From NCBI GenBank assembly GCA_001512745.1, contig LFSM01000075.1, positions 80,637 through 144,636 on the forward strand: 64,000 nt of DNA, written 5' to 3'. A program made the translations under genes and the position numbers. Every line of letters begins with the position of its first letter. Position 1 is the first letter of the stretch. The notes under the pieces are model-generated. The model saw only the letters and a program-made list of their open reading frames with translations. It did no database searches and was not told where the DNA came from. Positions 29,141 through 37,931 of this stretch are shown piece after piece. Source of the stretch: Clostridiales bacterium DTU032. GTDB lineage: Bacteria; Bacillota; Clostridia; Saccharofermentanales; DTU023.

Positions 29141-29170
29141 TTGACAAGCCACGCCCTAAAACATTAAACT
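29141..29170 (+). promoter_or_regulatory. Candidate feo promoter
   Basis: TTGACA (29141-29146), an 18-nt spacer, then TAAACT (29165-29170). The palindromic operator starts 8 nt downstream. Confidence 0.5.
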
Positions 29171-29177
29171 GCTTACG

Positions 29178-29195
29178 AGTTAGCAAGTGCTAACT
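29178..29195 (+). promoter_or_regulatory. Palindromic operator candidate AGTTAG-N6-CTAACT (copy 1)
   Basis: AGTTAGCAAGTGCTAACT, with a perfect 8+8 inverted repeat AGTTAGCA/TGCTAACT. It lies between the promoter and feoA and resembles the GTTAGC/GCTAAC core of DtxR/IdeR-type boxes. Confidence 0.5.
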
Positions 29196-29251
29196 TTAGT
29201 CCGTCAATTATTTTAGCAGTTGTTAAGCCATTAAATATGGAGGAAGAAGAC

Positions 29252-29464
29252 ATGATGCCACTCATAGTTGCAAGTATCGGTGAGGAAAATACAATCCGTA
29301 AGGTCGGAGGAAACACAGAAACTAAAAAACACTTAACAAATCTGGGTTTCGTCGTTGGAGGAAATGTCACAGTGCTTTCTTCAATTGCAGGCAATCTTAT
29401 CGTCAATGTCAAAGAATCCCGCATCGCCCTTAACCGCGAGATGGCCGGGAAAATTATGGTCTAA
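29252..29464 (+). CDS. feoA: FeoA-family protein (copy 1)
   Basis: About 70 aa, small SH3-like FeoA pattern (IRKVGG...LGFVVGGNVTV). Start is ATG 29252, after RBS GGAGGAAG. Confidence 0.88.
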   Translation: MMPLIVASIGEENTIRKVGGNTETKKHLTNLGFVVGGNVTVLSSIAGNLIVNVKESRIALNREMAGKIMV

Positions 29465-29476
29465 GGAGAAAAAGGA

Positions 29477-29698
29477 ATGAAAACTCTGAGGCAATCTCAA
29501 ATCGGTGAAACCGTAAAGATTGTTAAAGTCCACGGAGAAGGTGCAGTCAAGCGCCGCATCATGGACATGGGCATCACCAAAGGTACAAATGTATACATCC
29601 GTAAGCTGGCACCGCTGGGTGACCCCAACGAGGTCACGGTTCGAGGCTATGAGCTTTCTCTCCGCAAGGCGGATGCGGATATGATCGAGATTGAGTAA
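29477..29698 (+). CDS. feoA: FeoA-family protein (copy 2)
   Basis: 73 aa containing VKIVKVHGEGAVKRRIMDMGITKGTNVYI. RBS is AGGAGAAAAAGG. Confidence 0.9.
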   Translation: MKTLRQSQIGETVKIVKVHGEGAVKRRIMDMGITKGTNVYIRKLAPLGDPNEVTVRGYELSLRKADADMIEIE

Positions 29699-29704
29699 TC
29701 ACCC

Positions 29705-29727
29705 GGGGGACTTCCCCCCATTTTTTT
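29705..29727 (+). terminator. Short GC hairpin plus U7 between feoA and feoB (terminator/attenuator candidate)
   Basis: GGGGG-ACUU-CCCCC followed by C-A-UUUUUUU, lying 7 nt after the feoA2 stop. Confidence 0.5.
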
Positions 29728-29735
29728 AAACTAGC

Positions 29736-29753
29736 AGTTAGACATAGCTAACT
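29736..29753 (+). promoter_or_regulatory. Palindromic operator candidate AGTTAG-N6-CTAACT (copy 2)
   Basis: AGTTAGACATAGCTAACT, which has the same 6+6 arms as copy 1. It lies immediately upstream of the feoB RBS (GAGAGGAA). Confidence 0.45.
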
Positions 29754-29768
29754 AATTGAGAGGAATAT

Positions 29769-31607
29769 ATGGCAGAAAAAATCAGAATCGCACTTGCCGG
29801 TAACCCTAATAGCGGCAAGACAACGTTATTCAACAGCTTGACGGGTTCCAACCAGTTTGTGGGCAACTGACCGGGAGTTACAGTCGAGAAAAAGGAAGGC
29901 AAGTTAAAAAAACACGATGATGTTATCATCACAGACCTTCCTGGTATCTATTCCCTATCTCCTTACACATTGGAAGAAGTAATTGCAAGAAACTATCTTG
30001 TCATGGAACGCCCCGATGCTATCCTGAACATCGTAGACGGCACAAACCTGGAACGTAACCTCTACCTGACCACCCAGCTCACAGAGCTGGGAATCCCGGT
30101 GGTCATTGCCATCAACATGATGGATGTGGTCAGAAAAAACGGAGACAGGATCAATATCCCGGAACTTTCCCGTGATTTGGGCTGTAAGATCGTGGAGATA
30201 TCAGCTCTTCGGGGCGAGGGCATTCTAGAAGCCGCTGAAGCCGCCATCGATGCTGCCAGAAATACAAAAACCGAACCGATGCACACCTTCTCCGGTATCG
30301 TTGAACACGCCCTGGCCCACATAGAAGAAGCTGCATTACATGATTTGCCGCGGCAAGAGCAACGCTGGTTTGCAATCAAAATCTTTGAGCGTGACGACAA
30401 GGTGCTGGAACAGTTAGACCTTAAAGAATCTATCCTTGCACATATTGAAGAAGATATTCAGTCAGCCGAAAAAGAATACGATGACGATGCAGAGAGTATC
30501 ATCACCAATGAGCGATATAACTACATTGCTTCTCTGCTGAAAGACAGCTACAAGAAAAAGAATGCGGGCAAGCTGTCAACCTCGGATAAGATTGACAGGA
30601 TCGTTACCAACCGCTGGCTGGGCCTGCCGATTTTTGCGGTAGTCATGTTCATTGTTTATTATATTTCCATGGTGACTGTAGGACTGGCGGCCACAGACTG
30701 GGCCAACGATGCCCTCTTCGGCGACGGCTGGCATCTTTTAGGCATTGGCGGCGCCGCATATGGCGAGGCAGCGGACGAATACGCTGAAGCGACTCTCATC
30801 GTTGAAGGATATGACACCTATCTTGAAGAAAATGGTTCAGCTCCTGCAGGAAGCTTCCAGTATGCCGTGGAGGACGAGGAAACTCTGGCTGTAGAATACG
30901 AAACAGCAACACTTGCTGATTACAATACTGCCTTGAAAACGCTGGAAGAATATGGTGATGAGCCTGACCCTGCTGCTTACGGCGTGTGGGAGCGCGGCTG
31001 GTCCTTCATTAAAAAAGCCGGAACGATCATTCTTCTGTCAGCAATTGCGGTGTGGTTTACCTCTTACTTCGGCATAGTGGATGGAAGCTTCCGGATGCTG
31101 GAAGAAAGTGAAATCAGCCACTCTATACTTGCAGCTATCGGAGGAGCCATCGCCTGGATCTTCAAACCACTCGGCTGGGGAACATGGGAGGCTGCAGTAG
31201 CCTCCATTACCGGGCTCATAGCCAAAGAAAACATCGTCGGTACCATGGGTATTCTTTACGGTGCCTCCGGCCACGTGTACACAACACTGAGCAATGTGTT
31301 CACCGGCGTTACCGGCTACTCATTCCTGGTGTTCAACCTCTTGTGTGCCCCCTGCTTCGCAGCAGTCGGCGCAATCAGGCGGGAGATGAACAACGCTAAG
31401 TGGACCTGGTTTGCCATCGGCTACCAGACCGGATTCGCCTATGCTGTCGCCCTGATGATAAATCAGTTCGGCGGGCTTTTCACCGGTAATTTAAATGTAG
31501 TCGGTCTTATCTTTGCCATCGTGGTCCTCATCGGCATCATCTATATGCTGTTTAAACCTTACAAAGAAACCAGCAAGCTGACAACAGTGGTTGATGTCAG
31601 CAGCTAA
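29769..31607 (+). pseudogene. feoB: feoB, interrupted by in-frame TGA (29868-29870) at the invariant G-domain Trp and lacking the core membrane segment
   Basis: Manual translation gives [45 protein letters not shown]...DLPGIYSL, continuing in frame with ORF 29970-31607. The family motif is GNWPGVTVE. After the extracellular insert the sequence jumps from ...AAYGVW directly to ERGWSFIKKAGTIILL, so the conserved first Gate/FeoB_C region is absent. Confidence 0.8.
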
Positions 31608-31632
31608 TTGAGCAGGAAAGGAAGAAGCTGAA

Positions 31633-31803
31633 ATGATAGCTTGGATTGCAGGAAATATCGGAACGATTATAGTCAGTGCTGTACTTATCGCGATTGTGGC
31701 CCTGGTCATTACCGTGATGGTCAGAGATAAGAAAAAGGGGAAATCACCCTGCGGCGGAAAGTGCAGTGGCTGCCCCTCAGCAAACGCCTGCCACGACCGC
31801 TGA
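31633..31803 (+). CDS. FeoB-associated Cys-rich small membrane protein
   Basis: 56 aa: MIAWIAGNIGTIIVSAVLIAIVALVITVMVRDKKKGKSPCGGKCSGCPSANACHDR. It has one TM helix plus a CGGxCxxC tail and lies directly after feoB. It falls below the ORF-track size cutoff. Confidence 0.8.
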   Translation: MIAWIAGNIGTIIVSAVLIAIVALVITVMVRDKKKGKSPCGGKCSGCPSANACHDR

Positions 31804-31843
31804 TGCGATAATAAAAGTGCCAGACAGCGAATATTAACTTATT

Positions 31844-31874
31844 ACAGCTCCGGATCACCGGAGCTGTTCCTTTA
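31844..31874 (+). terminator. Terminator of the feo locus
   Basis: ACAGCUCCGG-AUCA-CCGGAGCUGU (10-bp stem) followed by UCCUUUAUG. The U tract is weak. Confidence 0.55.
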
Positions 31875-31997
31875 TGTACAACATGCATAGTTTTTTTGCC
31901 TTCTTATTAATCAATATGCTATCATATTGACAGGACAATCTTTCCGTTCAAGATGCTCCCGGATAGTAGCGGCTGAAACAATGGTAAGGAGAAAAAA

Positions 31998-32276
31998 ATG
32001 GAAAAGATGGCTAAGAAAAAAATAACAATGATCGTCTTTTTGATAATTGGGATTCTCGGCTATTCTTTCATAATGTTGTTTACAAAACGAGGTGTGATAG
32101 AGTTGTCGGCTCTAATGCTATTTGCATTTGTTGTAAACTATACTTCAGGTTTTCTCACAAGTAAACGTACTGAGTACAAATTGTCCGATTTGATTAGCCT
32201 ATACTTAGGAGCAGTAGTAACACTGTCAATGTTTTCCTATATAGAGCCAATTTTGGTAATCGGTGCCAAGCATTAA
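31998..32276 (+). CDS. Small hydrophobic membrane protein (92 aa)
   Basis: Three predicted TM stretches. RBS is AAGGAGAAAAAA. No family recognised. Confidence 0.6.
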   Translation: MEKMAKKKITMIVFLIIGILGYSFIMLFTKRGVIELSALMLFAFVVNYTSGFLTSKRTEYKLSDLISLYLGAVVTLSMFSYIEPILVIGAKH

Positions 32277-32313
32277 AATAATCAACACAAGAAATATCTT
32301 ATAAAGATTAACA

Positions 32314-32733
32314 TCACAGCCAAGACTCTTCCGGATAGCAGACAGGTCTTTTTCCGATTCCTTTTTCATTCTTTGATACAGATATTTCCCACATAATGCC
32401 CGCTACTAGAAAAACGATAAATACGCCGCCCCAAACTGCCCATCCAAAATAGCTCACACCGTATTGAGAACCTGTATAACCGTTTTCCAGGCATATTCCG
32501 AGAAGCGCTCCTAAGACATTGGCGGCAAAGGTCACAATAGAGAGAATCCGTTTACCAACAAATGCTGACAGAATTGAGATTACTGCAGCTATGAGCAAGG
32601 GAGCATAGTGAGATATCCTGTCAAGCAAAAGACTTGCTTCTCCAAAGCTCCCGGATATAATCAAGCCAAGAACAATGACGCCGATATAGCACACCGCAAT
32701 GATTAGTGCGATGCGACTATTCTCTTTTCTCAT
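32314..32733 (-). CDS. Membrane protein (139 aa, about 4 TM) downstream of the XRE regulator
   Basis: Hydrophobic throughout, 6 nt after the XRE gene stop, so probably co-transcribed. Confidence 0.65.
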   Translation of the reverse strand: MRKENSRIALIIAVCYIGVIVLGLIISGSFGEASLLLDRISHYAPLLIAAVISILSAFVGKRILSIVTFAANVLGALLGICLENGYTGSQYGVSYFGWAVWGGVFIVFLVAGIMWEISVSKNEKGIGKRPVCYPEESWL

Positions 32734-32739
32734 TCTCCG

Positions 32740-33015
32740 CTAATCCGCAGCCTTCTTTTCTTCTTCCTTTTTATATAGATAATAGGCTTGCTCCGCTAAG
32801 GATCGTATGCTTTCATCCGTTTCAGTATCCATCAGCACATCCACGCTTGTCCCCAGTATCTCTGCTAAGGCAAAGAGGTTAGTTGTGCTCGGAGCAGATA
32901 TGTCCGCCTCCCATTTTGTGACGGCTTGTCGGCTGACACCGACAAGTTCAGCCAATTTTTCTTGGGACATTCCTGTCTTTTTTCGCTGCTCCTTAATTCT
33001 ATTGCCTAAAGACAC
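32740..33015 (-). CDS. XRE-family helix-turn-helix transcriptional regulator
   Basis: LGNRIKEQRKKTGMSQEKLAELVGVSRQAVTKWE is a classic HTH_3 motif. Start chosen is GTG 33015, 5 nt after RBS GGAGGTGA. The ORF-track ATG at 33030 lies inside the RBS. Confidence 0.85.
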   Translation of the reverse strand: MSLGNRIKEQRKKTGMSQEKLAELVGVSRQAVTKWEADISAPSTTNLFALAEILGTSVDVLMDTETDESIRSLAEQAYYLYKKEEEKKAAD

Positions 33016-33261
33016 TACAATCACCTCCATTCGCTTTCATAATAGCCCGTTTATACTTCTATACTAGCAACTATTAGGCAACTACCGGTTGCAGTCTGGC
33101 TTTTTTCGTGTTTTACAAATCAATTTACACTTTTGTAAAGGAAGCCAGGATTAGTGGGCCTTCCGGTCAACCGGGCGCTTTCAGTTTAATCAATTTGCGA
33201 AATAACATGGGTTTTGGCTTTCACCTAAAAGGAACCTGGCTACTGGGGTTTCTTGGATATA

Positions 33262-33292
33262 GAAAAAGGTCCGCCCCATCCGGAGCGGACCT
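33262..33292 (-). terminator. Intrinsic terminator after tRNA-Leu
   Basis: On the - strand: AGGUCCGC-UCCGGAUGGG-GCGGACCU followed by UUUUUCUAUAU. Confidence 0.7.
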
Positions 33293-33300
33293 TAGCCATT

Positions 33301-33383
33301 TGGTGCGGATAACAGGACTCGAACCTGCACGGTTTCCCACTGGAACCTAAATCCAGCGTGTCTGCCAATTCCACCATATCCGC
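33301..33383 (-). tRNA. tRNA-Leu (anticodon TAG), CCA encoded
   Basis: On the - strand: GCGGATATGGTGGAATTGGCAGACACGCTGGATTTAGGTTCCAGTGGGAAACCGTGCAGGTTCGAGTCCTGTTATCCGCACCA. It has a 7-bp acceptor stem, anticodon stem CTGGA/TCCAG with loop TTTAGGT, a long variable arm and a GGTTCGAGTCC T-arm. Confidence 0.93.
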
Positions 33384-33411
33384 AGGACTATTGTATTGTA
33401 CCGTTTTATGG

Positions 33412-35223
33412 TTATTCGTCAAGTTTAAGCACGCTCATAAAAGCTTCCTGTGGTATTTCTACGCTGCCCACCTGACGCATACGTTTCTTGCCTTCTTTTT
33501 GTTTTTCCAGAAGCTTCTTTTTACGCGAAATATCACCACCGTAGCATTTGGCAGTTACATCCTTGCGATAGGCACGGACTGTTTCACGGGCAATGATCTT
33601 GCCTCCTATGGCTGCCTGAATCGGAACTTCAAACTGGTGACGCGGAATATTTTCCTGAAGATTCTCCGCCATTTTGCGTCCACGCGCGTAGGCATGGTCA
33701 CGGTGAATAATAAAGGTCAGGGCGTCAACGACTTCATTATTTATTAAGATATCAAGTTTAACCAGATCAGAAACTTGATAGTCTTTGAAGTCATAATCCA
33801 AAGAAGCATAACCTTTGGAACGTGATTTCAAGGCATCAAAGAAATCGTAAATAATTTCGTTCAGCGGCAGGTCAAAATGCAGATTAACCCGCTTTTCATC
33901 GAGATATTCTGTATTGACATAAATGCCTCTGCGTTCATGGCAGAGAGACATAATATTGCCGATGTATTCAGTGGGAGTCATAATAGAAGCACGTACAATC
34001 GGCTCTTCAATACTCTCAATTTCTTCTACAGCAGGCATGTTAGTCGGATTATCAAGATTGATCGTTTCGCCTGATACCAGGTTCAATTTATAAACAACCG
34101 ATGGCGCTGTGCTGATCAAATCCAGATCAAACTCACGCTCCAGACGTTCCTGAATGATCTCGTAATGCAGCAGGCCCAGAAAGCCACAACGGAAGCCAAA
34201 ACCAAGTGCTGCTGATGTTTCCGGTTCAAAAGAGAGCGCAGCATCGTTCAACTGCAGTTTTTCCAGGGCGTCCCGCAGGTCAGGATAGTCCCCGCCGTCG
34301 ACAGGGTACATACCGCAATAAACCATCTGCTGTACGGGCTTGTAACCCGGCAAAGCTTCTGAGGCCGGATTTTCCACTGTTGTGATTGTCTCCCCTACCG
34401 CCGTATCACGCACATTCTTGATGCTGGCGATGACATAACCCACATCACCTGCACTTAAACATTCAACAGAGCTGTAACTGCCCGGCAGAAAAGTCCCCAG
34501 TTCAGTTACAGTAAACTTTTTCCCGCTGTGCATCATCTTGATTTCATCACCGGCACAAATCTTACCATCCTGAACATTGACATGCACAATTACGCCCTGA
34601 TAAGTATCGTACTCTGAGTCAAAGACCAGGGCACGCAGAGCTTTGCTGTCATCAGCCACAGGCGGCGGTAACTTTATGGCAATAGCCTCAAGGACATCAT
34701 CAATATTAATATCATTTTTGGCCGAGATAAGTGGTGCATCTGCGGCATCAATGCCCAGTACATCTTCAATTTCCTGTCTTACTTCCTCCGGACGAGCTGT
34801 CTTGAGATCAATCTTATTAATAACCGGAAGGATTTCCAGATCCGCATCTATCGCCAGATAGGCATTAGCCAGTGTTTGCGCTTCCACACCCTGCGAGGCA
34901 TCAACAACCAGAATCGCACCATCGCAAGCAGCCAGAGAACGCGAAACCTCATAGTTAAAGTCAACGTGACCTGGTGTATCGATCAGGTTGTAGATGAACA
35001 TTTCACCGGACTGAGATTTATAAAGCATACGTACCGCACGTGCTTTTATCGTGATGCCGCGCTCACGCTCGAGCTCCATATCATCCAGAACCTGCTCCTG
35101 CATCTCACGTGAAGTCAAGGCACCGGTATGCTCAATCAGACGATCAGCCAGCGTAGATTTGCCGTGGTCTATATGAGCAATAATGCTGAAGTTTCTAATA
35201 TGTGAAGGTGGAATTTTTTCCAT
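33412..35223 (-). CDS. lepA: Elongation factor 4 (LepA)
   Basis: 603 aa containing [20 protein letters not shown] and the DTPGHVDF GTPase motifs, with an LepA C-terminal domain. Confidence 0.97.
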   Translation of the reverse strand: MEKIPPSHIRNFSIIAHIDHGKSTLADRLIEHTGALTSREMQEQVLDDMELERERGITIKARAVRMLYKSQSGEMFIYNLIDTPGHVDFNYEVSRSLAACDGAILVVDASQGVEAQTLANAYLAIDADLEILPVINKIDLKTARPEEVRQEIEDVLGIDAADAPLISAKNDINIDDVLEAIAIKLPPPVADDSKALRALVFDSEYDTYQGVIVHVNVQDGKICAGDEIKMMHSGKKFTVTELGTFLPGSYSSVECLSAGDVGYVIASIKNVRDTAVGETITTVENPASEALPGYKPVQQMVYCGMYPVDGGDYPDLRDALEKLQLNDAALSFEPETSAALGFGFRCGFLGLLHYEIIQERLEREFDLDLISTAPSVVYKLNLVSGETINLDNPTNMPAVEEIESIEEPIVRASIMTPTEYIGNIMSLCHERRGIYVNTEYLDEKRVNLHFDLPLNEIIYDFFDALKSRSKGYASLDYDFKDYQVSDLVKLDILINNEVVDALTFIIHRDHAYARGRKMAENLQENIPRHQFEVPIQAAIGGKIIARETVRAYRKDVTAKCYGGDISRKKKLLEKQKEGKKRMRQVGSVEIPQEAFMSVLKLDE

Positions 35224-35276
35224 CTTGTCCTCTCTTAAGAAAAATATCTGAAACGTATTTAACCATAGATAATATA

Positions 35277-36077
35277 TTATGGTTTGCCAAATCGGTCAAA
35301 GGGATAGAACCTGATCCAGACTCTGCCGATTAAATCGGCTTCTTTCACCGGGCCAAAATGCCTGCTGTCAAAACTGTCAGGGCGGTTGTCACCCAGAAGA
35401 AAATACTCATCCTCAGCTAAAGTTACTTCCAGGGAAGAATCAGCTAAAACATATGTTAATACACTATCATCCAGATAGGGCTCAGCTAATTCCACATCAT
35501 TAATAAAAACTGCTCCCTCAGAAATTTCAATCTTCTCTCCCGGCAGGCCGATGATTCTTTTTATAACAACCATGGCTTTGCCATCGACAGTCCTTTTATC
35601 AGTTGTGGCAGTAACCAGTTCAAACCGGTCATAATCTCTCCATAAATGAGATATTTTGTCAACAAAAAGCTCATCTTTTTCTAGCAGAGTAGGTTCCATA
35701 GATATACCTTTAACAGTATTTCTCTGCAGAACAAAACGAGTAAAAAGAAGCGCAAAAACAACACATATGGCCAGCGTCAGCATAAAGCTTAAAACACTCC
35801 GTAAACGCGATACCGGCTGCCTGTCTTTTTTAGCTTTCATGCCAACATTATCATCCAGACCTAAGCTTTTTTTAAGTGCGATATCCAGCTTTCGCTCCTG
35901 TTCACCAAAAGCTTCGAATAGAGCTTCACCGGCCTCTTCATCACGTAAAACCGGTGAGGAGCTCATATTCTGAGATTGGCCCTTCAGTTTCGATGAGCGA
36001 ATTATGTGTTTGCTATTTCCCTCATTGAGGTCAGCCTCATTATTACTCAGCTCATTGTTTTCTATTGACTGCATCAA
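35277..36077 (-). CDS. lepB: Signal peptidase I with about 90-aa N-terminal cytoplasmic extension
   Basis: 266 aa with a TM helix ([16 protein letters not shown]), the catalytic Ser box [18 protein letters not shown] and [16 protein letters not shown]. Confidence 0.9.
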   Translation of the reverse strand: MMQSIENNELSNNEADLNEGNSKHIIRSSKLKGQSQNMSSSPVLRDEEAGEALFEAFGEQERKLDIALKKSLGLDDNVGMKAKKDRQPVSRLRSVLSFMLTLAICVVFALLFTRFVLQRNTVKGISMEPTLLEKDELFVDKISHLWRDYDRFELVTATTDKRTVDGKAMVVIKRIIGLPGEKIEISEGAVFINDVELAEPYLDDSVLTYVLADSSLEVTLAEDEYFLLGDNRPDSFDSRHFGPVKEADLIGRVWIRFYPFDRFGKP

Positions 36078-36087
36078 GATCAGCTTT

Positions 36088-37860
36088 CTACAATTTAATA
36101 CCCAATTCTGCTAATTGCTCGTCCGAAACTGCTGACGGGGCTTTGGTCATCAGGCAGCTGGAGTTTTGTACTTTGGGAAAAGCAATAACTTCACGAATGT
36201 TATCTTCACCGATCAGAAGCATCACCAAGCGATCCAGACCATAGGCAAGTCCGCCGTGCGGAGGCACTCCGTATTGAAAAGCGTCCAGCAAAAAACCGAA
36301 ACGGTGCTGATATTCTTCTTCACTGAAACCCAGTAAGCTAAAGATCTTTTTTTGCAAGTCCTGTTCATGGATACGAATGCTGCCGCCACCCAGCTCAGTG
36401 CCGTTCAAGACGATGTCATAGCTGCGGGAACGTACTGCGGCAGGATCTGTGTCCAGCAATTCAAAGTCTGCTTCGAGCGGTGCCGTGAAAGGATGATGCA
36501 TGGAAACATAACGTTTGTCCTCCTCATCCCATTCAAACAAGGGGAATTCAGTAATCCAGCAGAAGCGATAGGCTTGCTGATCAATCATATTACGGCGCCT
36601 GGCTACTTCGTTACGCAATGCTCCCAGAATCTCCAGGCAGGTATTAGGGTCGGAGTCCGAAACGAAAAGCAGTTGAGCAGTATCATCCTCATCAGCACGA
36701 CGCAGGCAGCTTCTCATGAAATCTTCGTCAATGAACTTCCGGATCGAACCTTTAAGCTCACAATCAACAAGTGAAGCCCAGGCCATCCCCTTGGCAGCTG
36801 TATTGCTTTGCAGGTAAGCGTTCAGATCATCCAGCTCGCGGCGGCTCATGTCATTGCCGCCTGGTACAGCGATATAAGCAACCATACCACCCTCTTCAAG
36901 AGCAGATGTGAAAACTTTAAATTCGGTCGCCGCAGCCAGATCACTGGCATCCTGAATCTCCATGCCAAAGCGCAGGTCAGGTTTATCTGATCCGAAACGT
37001 GACATGGCTTCATGCCAGCTCATTCGTTCCAGTGGCAATTCCAGATTATAGCCATGAAACTCTTTCATCAGATATGCCAGGAAGCGCTCATTCACATCCA
37101 TTACATCGTCTTCACCGATGAAGCTCATTTCTATATCAATCTGCGTAAATTCGGGCTGTCGGTCGGCACGCAAGTCTTCATCCCGATAACAGCGGGCGAT
37201 CTGCATATATTTGTCATAACCGCCAAGCATCAGCAGCTGTTTGAAAATCTGCGGAGACTGCGGTAAGGCGAAAAACTTACCAGGATAAATGCGTGACGGA
37301 ACCAGATAGTCACGTGCACCTTCCGGTGTACTCTTGATCAGGGTTGGTGTTTCAATGTCAAGGAAACCCTGGCTGTCAAAGAAGTCGCGTACTATCTTTG
37401 TAATGCGATGGCGGGCCATGAGCTTACGTTGCATGTCCGGCCGGCGTAAATCGAGGTAACGATTTTCCAGACGTAGTGATTCCTTGACATCGATATTCTC
37501 TTCAATGTAAAAAGGAGGAGTCTTTGCTTTTGAAAAAATGCGCAGCTCAGAGGCATGCAGTTCGAAAGCGCCCGTCTTCATGTCCGGGTTTTCATCCTGA
37601 CGGCGCCGCAAAACGCCACGGCAGGCAATAACAAATTCCCCTCTGACAGTAGCTGCTTTTTCTCTGGCCTCAGCCGGTGAATCGTCGTCAATAACTATCT
37701 GCACTTCACCTGAAATATCACGTAAAGTAATAAAAATCAAACCGCCTAAATCTCGCTGTTTATGGCACCAGCCCATCAGAGTCAGTTCTTTGCCCAAGTG
37801 TTTTTCATTGACTTCGCCACAACGGCAGTCCCGCCGCCAATTTCCCATAGATTCGCTCAC
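36088..37860 (-). CDS. aspS: Aspartate-tRNA ligase
   Basis: 590 aa with an OB-fold N-terminus, class II motifs (FRDEDLRADRQPEFTQID, GGGSIRIH) and a GAD insertion domain. Confidence 0.96.
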   Translation of the reverse strand: MSESMGNWRRDCRCGEVNEKHLGKELTLMGWCHKQRDLGGLIFITLRDISGEVQIVIDDDSPAEAREKAATVRGEFVIACRGVLRRRQDENPDMKTGAFELHASELRIFSKAKTPPFYIEENIDVKESLRLENRYLDLRRPDMQRKLMARHRITKIVRDFFDSQGFLDIETPTLIKSTPEGARDYLVPSRIYPGKFFALPQSPQIFKQLLMLGGYDKYMQIARCYRDEDLRADRQPEFTQIDIEMSFIGEDDVMDVNERFLAYLMKEFHGYNLELPLERMSWHEAMSRFGSDKPDLRFGMEIQDASDLAAATEFKVFTSALEEGGMVAYIAVPGGNDMSRRELDDLNAYLQSNTAAKGMAWASLVDCELKGSIRKFIDEDFMRSCLRRADEDDTAQLLFVSDSDPNTCLEILGALRNEVARRRNMIDQQAYRFCWITEFPLFEWDEEDKRYVSMHHPFTAPLEADFELLDTDPAAVRSRSYDIVLNGTELGGGSIRIHEQDLQKKIFSLLGFSEEEYQHRFGFLLDAFQYGVPPHGGLAYGLDRLVMLLIGEDNIREVIAFPKVQNSSCLMTKAPSAVSDEQLAELGIKL

Positions 37861-37931
37861 AATAATTCTCCCTATATGTAAATACTATTAAGTAATTTTA
37901 CTATCTAACAGCACTAATGTGCATTACTTTA

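Noticed and set aside
29868-29870. Genome-wide reassignment of TGA to Trp (genetic code 4 or 25), prompted by TGA at the FeoB Trp codon.
   Set aside because: Several well-delimited genes in the window end with TGA at the expected C-terminus: the ABC-F gene at 10690-10692, the amidohydrolase at 10705-10707, the gene at 23988, the ABC ATPase at 25519, and selA overlapping the selB ATG. The other in-frame TGA, in selD, sits at the known Sec position, and a full Sec machinery is present. Standard code 11 plus Sec fits better.
29738-29932. 64-aa - strand ORF over the 5' end of feoB.
   Set aside because: It is antisense to the clearly recognisable FeoB P-loop coding sequence, so it is a shadow ORF.
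33108-33350. 80-aa + strand ORF overlapping the tRNA-Leu gene and its terminator.
   Set aside because: It runs antisense through a tRNA and a terminator hairpin and has no RBS, so it is spurious.
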